64,000 nucleotides of DNA, from assembly GCA_002189035.1 (NCBI GenBank), contig NEEC01000017.1, forward strand, positions 2,108,001-2,172,000, given 5' to 3'. Origin of the DNA: Utricularia gibba (lineage: Eukaryota; Plantae; Magnoliophyta). The notes beneath the pieces were generated by a model. The model made no database searches. It saw only the letters and a program-made list of their open reading frames with translations, and was not told where the DNA came from. The position numbers and the translations under genes were made by a program. Shown piece after piece: positions 1-12,515 of the stretch; the first letter of the stretch is position 1, and each line of letters opens with the position of its first letter.

Positions 1-57
1 CTTTTCTTTTCTTTTTTCTTTAGTATAGATGGACCTTTTACTGCTTGGGTTTCATAG

Positions 58-2078
<2,021 letters not shown>

Positions 2079-2306
2079 ATCCTGGCCACAGTGCTTGCTT
2101 GAAGCTGTTTTCATGCGCTAATAAGAGACGGTGAAGTTTGTTTCAACTTCACTAAAAACTTCACTTGCTTTCTGTCGAGAGTTGATGGAAGTCCATGATG
2201 ATGTGTATTGTGGACGTACAAGAAGATGCTGATATATCTGTTTCTTGGAATAAACCACCTTGCTGTTGTGTAATGAAGCTGCTTTAGTTGAGGGCAACGT
2301 GGCATT

Positions 2307-3017
2307 TCAAACGAGTTTATTCACCAGCGACAGGGCGTTGCTGGTCACCGCCATGACCTTAGCCGTCCGGCGGCTGACGTCGAATTTCACCGGCCCGTCA
2401 GCTACGTCCGCGAAGCCGTCGTAGCAAGTGGCCTCGTTCGTCAAGGCGGCGCTCATCCACGTCTGCACGTTGCTGATCTGATACCTGACCTCCTCGCCGC
2501 CGCTGGAAAGGTTGCGCATCTGAGCCAAAGACCCGAGTATCTGATCCACGGCGTCGTCGTACATTTCCAGGCAGTCCTTCACCGCTGCCGCAGCATCAGG
2601 GTCTGGGTTGAAGCTGCCAAGAGTCGGAGAATACCCCCGGCAGAAATGATGAACTTTAAGCATGAGAAATACGAGAATAAGAGCGGAGTTGTACGTCAGT
2701 GATGAATTTGAAGAATACCTCCGGCGTAACTCAGTGCTGAATGAACCCGCCGGGGGACGGAGGGAAGCGAGGTGGGCTGACATGCGTTTGGCGCGTGAGA
2801 GGCTGACGTGGATGGCGATGAAGGCGAGACGATGTGGGTTCTGCCGAACCGCGTCAGCGTAGCCGGCGAGGGAGCGGTAGCAGATATGTGGGTACTGGGT
2901 GGCGGCGCAGCTGACGCGGATGAAGTCCGAGGAGTTGTCTGGGAGATCGGCGACGGCGGCGGGGGCGAGGAGGACAGCGGCGACGAAGAACACGTAATGC
3001 GCAACCGTCATCCTCAT
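2307..3017 (-). CDS. PMEI: Pectin methylesterase inhibitor / plant invertase inhibitor domain protein
   Basis: Signal peptide (MTVAHYVFFVAAVLLAPAAVA; ATG at 3011 or 3017), FIRVSCAATQYPHIC, VKDCLEMYDDAVD, SNVQTWMSAALTNEATCYDGF, SNALSLVNKL. Predicted intron 2614-2718. Confidence 0.92.
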   Translation of the reverse strand: MRMTVAHYVFFVAAVLLAPAAVADLPDNSSDFIRVSCAATQYPHICYRSLAGYADAVRQNPHRLAFIAIHVSLSRAKRMSAHLASLRPPAGSFSTELRRRYSSNSSLTYNSALILVFLMLKVHHFCRGYSPTLGSFNPDPDAAAAVKDCLEMYDDAVDQILGSLAQMRNLSSGGEEVRYQISNVQTWMSAALTNEATCYDGFADVADGPVKFDVSRRTAKVMAVTSNALSLVNKLV

Positions 3018-3375
3018 TGGTGATCGTGGGAGAGCGCAAAAGAAGGAGAAATGATTGCTCGGAGTTGATGGATGGCAAATAATCATCGGGGAGACTGCAC
3101 GTATATGAAAGCGGCGAGTGTGGGAGGTCTCTTTGTTTCTCCTTTTCTTACATGGGAACATGAGGACATCGCCACGCGCCACCAGATCGCGTAAAACTCA
3201 CGCTCTTCTAGGGTTCCAAAATCAGAAATTAAAATCAAAATATGATAAATTCCTTAAGGCGTGGGCCCCAGATGCCAGAGGTGTGAACCGCTGAAAACAT
3301 GCGCCAACTAACGCACACGGGCGGAGTGAGGCCCGCAAATTATGGCGTTTAATGGGAAGAAAGAGGATATATTGT

Positions 3376-3498
3376 TGGGCTTATTAATGGGCTTTCCACA
3401 CTTGAGCCTGGACCAAACTCGTGGGCCCAAAAGCAGATTGTTGGCCCCAAATGGAAAGAGTATTCTTTGGGATTGATGCTTTCAGTTGAATTTGTCGG

Positions 3499-3530
<32 letters not shown>

Positions 3531-3632
3531 CCTCCTGGTGAAGAGAAGCCCAGGCCCCAGAGCCAAGGTTAGAAGAACCAGAGGGGCAGTTCTTGAGTCC
3601 CTTTGACCAAGTGATTTATGAACTGGGCCCAG
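3376..3632. promoter_or_regulatory. Site II (TGGGCY) element cluster in the PMEI/LCB1 divergent promoter region
   Basis: Several TGGGCT/TGGGCC/AGCCCA copies (3376, 3388, 3422, about 3546, 3624) upstream of the LCB1 5'UTR. Confidence 0.55.
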
Positions 3633-4260
3633 ATCCGTGGGGAGATCCTCCGTCACCCTTTCATTTCATCTCAATGGTTTATGAACTGATTTTTTCTTGA
3701 CTTCTGAGGTAAATGTTTAGGAATTCGCGGTATATTGATTACGTTTGCCCGTACTGTATCATGGTTGGGTTCTGTGAATGGTAATCTCATACGAGGAAAT
3801 TGGTTTCGAGAAGGGGGGGGGGGGGTGGTGTTCCTTGTATTAATTTGCCGTGATCATTGCGATGTTCGTTTGCATGTGGGGAGATGGATAAGGAATTGTC
3901 TTTGTAATTGGTAGAAGGAAAATGAGATTTTTCTGCTTCCTTTGAAAAGGGATGTATGAAAGCTTAATGCTTAAATTTTGATGGTGTCTTTTGTTCTCGA
4001 GTTCGGATACTTCCTTTTTTCATGAATTATGACTTCCTGTGCAACATCATTGTTATAGGATGAATTTAATAGCTCTTAATCTTATTTATTTCCAGACTGT
4101 TGAATTAGATTAGATGTGTTCTTACTTCGTTATTGAGTTTTCAGAATTGTTTGTTTGCTTTTTGTTACAGAAAATTGGGGAAAGGCGCTTCATAACCCAT
4201 TTACGGACTAGATAGATTTTACCTTTGGCTGATTTGCCAAGAATCTTCCATATTATTTCA

Positions 4261-6890
4261 ATGGGCAGTATGTTTTTGGCTTTCGAAAGTATAGTAAAAT
4301 CTATCCAAGATTGGGTAGCAACGGTTTTGGATACGCCATCCTCTCGAGCTGTTCTTTTTGGAGTACCTATCAGAGGTATTTGAAGATTTATACGTTTGAC
4401 TTCACTTGCGACATTTTTCCCTGAGTTCAAATCTTTGCAGGCCATTTGCTTGTCGAAGGTCTTCTCCTAGTTGTGATTCTTTTCCTTCTATCCCAGAAAA
4501 GCTACAAGCCACCAAAAAGGCCGCTGACTGAGAAGGTATCTTTTACTTCAGAACATTATCTCGCTGGGTAGATAAAGAGCTACGGATTTACTTTATTGCC
4601 TTTCTATTCCTCATTTGTTTCAGATGCAGCAAATATAGCTTCATCTTCAACGCATATTTATTTGCTCTCATATCTGATCAACGTAATTATCTGAGTGTTC
4701 TAGGAAGTTGATGAGTTATGTAATGAATGGGTACCTGAATCCCTTATTCCCACCACTACTGAAGATATGAAGCGTGAACCTCCAATACTGGAAAGGCAAA
4801 TCTTTTAAACTATCCCAGTCTTTTTTTTTTCTTGTGTAAATTTACAAGATGCATTTTCAGGTTTTTCAATTCTCTGAAGTTCTGCTGTACCTGTTGTTGC
4901 TTTATGTAGTGCGGCTGGACCCCATGCTGTTGTCAATGGCAAAGATGTAGTGAACTTCACATCAGCAAATTATCTTGGACTTCTTGGGCATGAAAAGCTG
5001 CAAGTATGGGGAATTCATCTTGTACATTTAGTACTTCATTGTTTTTTTTTGTATTTGATATTATTTGTAATTGCTAAAATTGCTTGGGATTCAGAAATCC
5101 TGCACCAAAGCACTTGAGAAATATGGTGTTGGTTCTTGTGGCCCTCGTGGATTTTATGGGACAATTGGTATGGCTGACCACAACACTCTCTGCATGCAAT
5201 ACTTTTGATGTTAACATTGAAATACTTAGAGTGCAGTTACATCCATGCAGATGTTCACCTTGATTGCGAATCAAGAATAGCAAAGTTCCTAGGAACCCCT
5301 GATTCTATACTTTACTCCTACGGGCTTTCCACAATGTTTAGTACGATTCCAGCATTTTGTAAGAAGGGTGATGTTGTTGTCGCGTGAGTCTTTCGTCCTC
5401 CAGTTTCACTATCAATATATTGTATTATGTGTTTGTTTTTCCACTTAATTTCATGGCAGCTACTGGAATTTATTGACATTCTCCTAGGGCTTGCAAAATA
5501 TTTTTTTTCCATCGTGTTGCTGTCACTTGTGGTTGCTTTTTAAGCTTGCACCAAGGATGTTATAGTTTCTTCTACTTCTTCCTCTCTGTGTAATAATTTC
5601 TGTCACTTTCTTAAAGGGATGAGGGGGTTCATTGGGCAATACAAAATGGTCTTCATCTCTCAAGGAGTACCATTATTTATTTTAAACACAATGATATGAA
5701 GTCATTACAGAGCACCTTAGAGAGTATTACTCATGAGAATAAACGGGCCAAGAAGGTCCGGCGTTACATTGTTGTTGAGGCTGTCTATCAGGTATCTTTT
5801 CTGTTCTCTCTAAACTGATATCTTCCTACTTACACTCTGATGCCCATCAAACTTCTTGCTTTATGATGTTAGAATTCTGGTAAAATCGCTCCGTTGGATG
5901 AGATCATCAAGCTGAAAGAGAAACACAGGTACCGTGTGATCTTAGATGAAAGTAATTCTCTCGGGGTTCTTGGAAGTTCTGGTAGAGGGCTTACTGAGCA
6001 TTACAATGTTCCTGTGAGTTGCTTCTCTGCATGTCGCTCTTGTATGCTTTATGCTATTCAGTGCATAATCACTCTTTCCTCTTGAAAGATTGAGAAGGTG
6101 GACATCATAACTGCTGCAATGGGGCATGCCCTGGCCACTGAAGGTGGTTTTTGCACCGGCAGCGCCCGTGTTATTGATCACCAGGTACAGTGCGTGTGTT
6201 TTCACTGAAATCCTACAATAGCCGTATCTGCACCGAATTATGTATTTGCCACTTATTTTTCAATGCAAATGCTTTGCTTCTTGTGGCAGCGCCTCAGTGG
6301 TTCAGGTTATGTGTTTTCAGCATCCCTTCCTCCATATCTAGCTAGTGCAGCAATCACTGCCATTGATGTTTTGGAAGAAAACCCCGATCTTATCTCCAAA
6401 CTGAAGAAGAACATTGCTGTTCTGAGACAAGGTTTCGACATTAAAAAAAAATAAAAGATTTAATATTTCACCCGGCTCACAGTCTTGTGAATAATCTTCA
6501 GGCTTAACTGATGTTCAAGGCTTTGAAGTAATGAGCGATGCAGAATCGCCATTAGTGTTCCTGAAACTGAGTAAATCTACAGGATCCATCAAGGGTGACC
6601 TTCAAATACTTGAGGATGTTGCTGATCGGGTAAGTAATCTCATCATTCAATTGAGATGGAACATCGGCATCCTGACTGTAACTTCCATGCCAACGCATGA
6701 TACATCTTTGTAGTTGCTGAAAGAGCACTCCATTTTCGTTGCGATGACAAGAAGGTCGACGATCGACAAATGCGAACTGCCTGCTGGTATTAGGCTTCAC
6801 GTTTCTGCTGCTCATACAGAGTCTGATCTCCAAGAGACCTGTGAAGCACTCAAGAAGGTCATGGCTTCCCAGTATGCTGCCGGACAGTGA
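4261..6890 (+). CDS. LCB1: Serine palmitoyltransferase subunit LCB1 (long-chain base biosynthesis 1)
   Basis: 12 exons in frame: 4261-4375, 4441-4535, 4704-4795, 4910-5003, 5095-5167, 5251-5383, 5617-5791, 5873-6013, 6089-6184, 6290-6431, 6502-6629, 6714-6890. Motifs [51 protein letters not shown]. Intron 3 is GC-AG. Confidence 0.96.
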
Positions 6891-7167
6891 GCCTCCTGGG
6901 CTCCTGCTAATTTAATCTGACTCATTGCTTTTCCCCCCTCCCCCATCTTTCTATGAATGCATGGTTTTTCTTCACTTCTACTCTAAACATGAAAACTAAA
7001 GCACTGAACTCATACTGTAAACTTGTTCTGATGTTGATCTGCTAGAAGTTTGAATTTTGAATCGAAAACAGACAAATGCAACTTCTCTCATTTCATATAT
7101 GTGATACTAGTCCTTGCAACCAGCATGGAAGACGGTGATGCATGCAGATTACATAAAAAATGAAGCA

Positions 7168-8580
7168 TCATTGCTCCTTGCCGGAGGGCGGCCGGAACTC
7201 CACACCAACCCGATCCGCAGAACCAGAGCCCGGCATCTTGTTCGCCATGTACGGCGATGAGCTCGCCACCCTGCAACATAGATTGTGTATAAAACGAACT
7301 CATTTTGTTGGTGTTCAAGACAAATGATTCTCAGATTTGGGCAACAAAACGATCAAGTGTGCTGCTAGCTCACCTCTCCTTGCGCTTCTCCAAGAATCGA
7401 GCCAGTGATGCTTTGCGAGCCTGGGGTGCTGCTGTACATGGAAACAACACATCATCACTTGAGAAGAACATTTACTAACATGATCTTATACGAGGATCTT
7501 GTCTGATTTCGAAATCCTCAACAGGTTTGACTTTTGTCGACTGTTCTAAAGTTGAGTTGTTCTTCGATAAATAGCTTACTTGGCGCTCGTGTTATCATGC
7601 AAACTGTATATGTTTTTTTATTGCAGTTCAGGGAAGCAGTTACCTGATGGCACTATAGCAGGAGCGGGTCTCATCTTGGGAGCCTCCGCCTTCACCAGTT
7701 CATCATCATTACACGCTGTCGCATTTGTCACGTCAGGTGTGTGGGAGGAAACGGAGATCGGACTTGCGTGGCCGGAATTTCGAACATGGGTACCGCCGCT
7801 GGCAAGCCTTTGCTGGTCAAAGCAGGGCGGTGGCGGATGTTGTCCGGCCAAGCACATGATTACTTTAGCCTGAACTCAAAACATACGCATGTCAAGGGAA
7901 AGAAATAAAACAAATCTACAAACGAAGCATAAATCACCAACCTTTTCCGGCGTGATATTGTCGAAAACACTAACCGAGCCGCCGTAGAATATGGTCAGGT
8001 GCGCCGGGAGATCAAAAGCCTTGATGTTGCCCCTATAAAGAGTTTTGAAAACGCTGCAAATCTGATTCCTGATGATCAACTCTAAAACAAGACAGATACT
8101 AGCAATAACCACACCTCTGTTCAGTAGCGCCGACGGCAGCGGCGAGGGCGGAGGAAGGTGAAACGCCGGCGGGTCTAACAAGAAATTGCTGGACAGGATT
8201 CTGATCAAAACCCAAAACGACTCAAAACCACTTCGGAATATAAGGCATACACGAGATCCATTGTGTTTTGGAAAAAAAATGCCCATGTTACCTTTGCCTC
8301 CTTGTCATTTTGATCAGATTTGGAAGGTGAAAAGACAGAAACTTTGTTCGAAAACAGCCATGTAGCTCCGGCGCCCCGAGCAAATCCTAAACATTACAGA
8401 GAAAAATAAAAAGCAACAAGCCAGTAAACGTAAAAAATTCCAAAAAACCAACTCAAAATCGAAGCTCCTGCGAAATCGAAACTACACAAGGGAAGAAAAT
8501 CTACCAGAATCTTCAGATCGCCCTTCCACAAACTCCTCCTTCACAACCCTTGAATTCAAACCCATGAAATCTCTCTCCAT
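7168..8580 (-). CDS. JAZ: JAZ/TIFY protein (JAZ3/4/9-like group)
   Basis: Exons 8580-8505, 8386-8292, 8188-8115, 8032-7942, 7869-7644, 7431-7374, 7270-7168 join in frame. N-terminal MERDFMGL, TIFY motif LTIFYGGSVSVFDNITPEKAKVIM, Jas motif APQARKASLARFLEKRKERVASSSPY. Confidence 0.94.
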
Positions 8581-9001
8581 ACCTCTTCCCCTCGCAGCTT
8601 CCCAACTCCAAAGACCAGGTAAAAACCCCAAGACTTCCACTTTCAACGCTTCCTACTTACTCCCATGGAGACACCCCACACAACATACAGTAGTAGGCTT
8701 TTAAAAGTGTAGGTGACAGCTTCCATTTGCAGCAACCACCATTTTTTAGAGACGAGGAAGAAAGAAAAAAAAATGGCCGCCTTTTGTCACCCACTTGTCC
8801 ATCACTGTTGCCCGCTGCTACATTTTTAAAAAATTTCTGCCCTATCGTCATTGGGTGATGGATAATTGATCTTTGAATATAATAATATTATAGTATTTTT
8901 TTTTATTTTAATAAAAAATAATATGTCAGTTATAGTCAGACATTTCTTACAATATCCCTAATTTTAATAATTCCACATGGTTTGTTGCAAAAATCATTAG
9001 C

Positions 9002-9170
9002 AACGTGGCCTATTAATAACTAAAGCGGGAAGAAGGAATCCAATCAGTGGACTTTTACCGGCGGCCGACCGCCTACCGGGCACGTGCGTGAAGTTCCCGG
9101 TTTCCACAAACCAAGTGATGAGATCTCTCCACGTGGCGTCAAGATATCGGTCAAGATTTTGTGCCACGTG
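9002..9170. promoter_or_regulatory. G-box / T-G-box cluster upstream of JAZ
   Basis: AACGTG at 9002-9007; CACGTG at 9081-9086, 9130-9135 and 9165-9170; 420-590 bp upstream of the JAZ ATG. Confidence 0.6.
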
Positions 9171-9274
9171 CAATGTCTATAAAAAAATAATTATGCCATG
9201 AAATTAATTGGGCCTAGAAGTTGGGCTGGAGTGAGGCCCAATTTGGGTATCAATTCGTATCCGATTGTCGTAAT

Positions 9275-11127
9275 TCACGTATTAATTTCATGAAAGCGTT
9301 GGGCGACCTCCGCCATTGAAGGCCTTCTGTAGGGTTCGCCTGAGGTGCAGCGAATGGCGAGCTCTAGACATGGCCGGCATTTCTTTTCTGCTGCACTGTC
9401 TAGCCTCAGTAAGTCAGGATCTAGGGCTGCGATTTCCCTTTTCTCCTCAACCACCGATCTCACCCAGTCAACAAGGTTACTGCCTTCCTTCTCCGGCGAT
9501 TTCCCGGTGAGGAGCTCCAGTAACACGATGCCGAAACTGTACACATCGGATTTCTGGGAGATCATCCCAGATTCGACCACCTCCGGCGCCCGATACGCAT
9601 TGCTTTTTGCGCGGGGTGCGACGAGGGAAATTAATCCCTGCTCTGAAACGAGGGCGTCGTAGTTGTCTGAGATGAAGATGTTTGTGGATTTGATGTTTCC
9701 GTGGACTGTTTGTGGGCTGATTGAGTGCAGATACTGGATCCCGGCGGCTGCTCCGGCGGCGATTTTGGCCCGTGTTTCCCATTTCATCGGATTGTTGTTT
9801 CCTGAAGAAGTTTCGAATTCGTTAGAAGTGAGATATTTGCAGGCTGCAGTTTGCGGAAGATGGAGATAACTCACCATGGACGTGGGCTGACAAGCTTCCA
9901 TTAGGACTGGGATCGTAGAAGAGGAGCTTCTCGTCTCTGCCGTAGTAATAGCCTTTCAATGGGTACAAGTTTTCGTGAACCAGAGACCCGAATTCTTCGA
10001 TTCTGCTTCTGAATACCTCTTCAGAGGCGCAGATGTTCTTCACCCTCTTCACAATGACTTCACCGCCGTCGTCATAGAATGCTTTGTACGTTGATCCCAC
10101 GGTTCCTTTTCCGATCACCTCTGCTGAAGAGTTCAAAAGTTCTTCCAAGCTAAAGGTTTCAGCATCCTCACCGAAAAAGACAATCCCGTTTGGGTCCGTG
10201 TACTTCACTTTCACCCTGTTGGGAAAATTTTGATTCTTGGCAACTGTGATCTGATCAAAACCTGTGCTTTCTTCTTCTTGTGGCGTAGCAGAAACAGGGG
10301 AACGGGAACATGGAGGCGTATGTGGCACTGGCGAAACTTCTCTGTTTCTGAATTTTCTCCGTAAAAAGAAAATGATCAAGAGGAAAGTGAAGAGGGCAAA
10401 GAAGGTGCAGCCGATGGCGATTCCCGCTATTTCTGCACCAGAGAGGCGGTTGCCGGTGGCGCAGCGGCGAAGAGGCCCACCGCAAAGAGAAGTCCCTAAA
10501 AAAGAATCGCTGGGAAAACGAGCGAAGCTCGACGGAATAGAACCCGTCAACACATTAAACGAAATATTGAAGCTTCGAAGACGAACGAGGCTACGCAACT
10601 CCGGCAACGTCCCTGTAAACTTGTTACTTTCCAGGAATAAAATCCTCAGCATCGTGAAATTATCAAACCCCGCCGACAAATTCCCAGATAACCCATTCCT
10701 CGCTAAATTGAGACGTTTGAGACTTTTCAGGACAAACAGACTCCCGGGGATTTCACCGGAAAAGCGGTTTCCTTCCAAGTGAAGGTCTCTGAGCAAGGTG
10801 CATGACCCCAAATCATAAGGAATTCTTCCGGAGAGTGAATTCTCCCGCAGACTCAGAACTCTAAGCTCCGTCAACTTCCCGATGGTGTTCTCCGGCAGCC
10901 GCCCGTAAAGCCTTTTCCCCGGTAGACGAAGGGATACGACACGATTAGTGGTTTCGTCGCACAACACGCCCTTCCAACCACACGGGTTCGAATCGGAGGC
11001 GTTCCACAGCAGAGTGCCTCCCCCACCGCCCCCGCAGGACGAGGAGAGCCGCCCGGTCGGCGGCGAGGTCAGGAGACACGGCGGCCGGAAGAAGCATGAG
11101 AGCAAGGATAAGGAATGCGTTGTGCAT
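9275..11127 (-). CDS. LRR-III receptor-like kinase (RLK902/RKL1-like), probably catalytically impaired; frame break near the N-terminus
   Basis: Signal peptide MHNAFLILALMLLPAAVSPDLAADRAALL, LRR cap LLWNASDSNPCGWKGVLC, LRRs, TM segment AGIAIGCTFFALFTFLLIIFFL, kinase domain; intron 9802-9874. Frame changes at G-runs 11020-11033. Confidence 0.88.
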
Positions 11128-12515
11128 GGTGGCCGGAACTCCAGGGAGCAGAAACCAAAAGCCGTGATAGAGTCGAAGAGTCGGTGGAGGTGTGGTCAAC
11201 CTTCAAAAATGCTCCCCTTCAATGAACTTTATAGCTACAAATTAGTACACTTTTTTAACATTCGTTCTGCATTGCGACCCGGCATTCAATTCGGTGACCC
11301 GTCAACCCACTTTGATATGCCATTTTAACTCCCACCATTCACTTAATCCACACTTTAGGACTTATTGTGTTTCCACACCCAATTCCTATGGTTTTAAAAT
11401 CATATATTCAATTCGAAGTTATATTCGATTCAATCGAAATTCATAAATAAATAAAAGGTTAGGTTCAATCTATTTAAACAATTATTTTTATTTTTTCAAA
11501 AAAAGTATGATATATCATTAAACATTCTTGAATTCAACTCATTTTCAAAATGTAGATCAGAGTGATATCAAATTATTTTATTATGCATATCACGTGATAC
11601 CCAATTCGAAGAAGGATAGAAGAACCCTAGGTAAATCAGCTAAGTGTGAAATTGAATAAAATGATTATACAAATCTTATACAAGATTTTTTTCACAAATA
11701 AGATGATGGATTTTTTAATATAAACTTCAAAGTTAAGTATAATTGATCTAGAGTAATTTCAAGAAAATACAAATTTTAATGTAAAATTGTTAGTGAGCTA
11801 ATCACATTTTAAAATTAGTGGAGTGTTGTTTTCAGTTGAAGGCACACACAAATTTGTGTTTTTAACAATATGTTGTAATGTCATGGTATTTATTATCATC
11901 CTATCATGATTCCTACCTTCAACCACTTATATTGACTTTTGCACAGGGGGGGGGGCATTTTGTAAGAAGGGAACAGTACGAGGGCCTGCGAAATAATCTC
12001 AAATGCCAAAAAGGACTTACCTGAAAATAAAGTCTGATTTGATTCCTTTTCAGTGGATATCATTTATATTTTGAATTTAAAAAATCATTCTTGGTAGCTC
12101 AATAAAAAAGTAATGTGATTTAAATTATTTAATTTTAACCCTTTAATGTTTTATAAAATTAAAAATCAATCGTAAATAATATTTTAAATCTCTTATGCGT
12201 GTTTATGAACAATTAAACGAATTAAAATCATAGTACTAACATTTCTCTAATATAATTAAATCTATTTTTGCTTGTGATTTTAAAATATAAAAAAAATAAT
12301 AGTATATAGCGATATGAAGGTTACAGAATTAAATTCAGGATGTAAGACTTAGGGCAGAGTCCTTCAAGACAACGATGGAGGCTTTTAAGGCAACTGGTGT
12401 TCTTCATTCCTGTAATGAATTATTGATGAGAAGGAGAACTGACTGTGTATGGACAAACTGTGAATGAGGAAGGGGTTCTTTGAGTCGATCGGCGAATTTG
12501 GAGGGAGCTCCCGCC

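Noticed and set aside
4536-4545. GTATCTTTT donors in LCB1 (4536, 5792) as U12-type introns
   Set aside because: They deviate from GTATCCTT and have no TCCTTAAC branch site near the acceptors.
10264-10782. Long antisense or alternative-frame ORFs over real genes (e.g. 10264-10782, 13163-13893, 17121-17646, 40025-40519, 47928-48293)
   Set aside because: They overlap GC-rich CDS on the opposite strand or another frame, have low complexity and show no recognisable domain.
10985-10994. GGTTCGAATC tRNA T-loop-like motif
   Set aside because: It lies inside the RLK CDS with no flanking T-stem or cloverleaf.
12503-12512. GGGAGCTCCC resembling the 3' half of miR159/319
   Set aside because: Only a 10-nt palindrome. 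The 5' half does not match and there is no fold-back partner; it lies in the PDLP 3'UTR.
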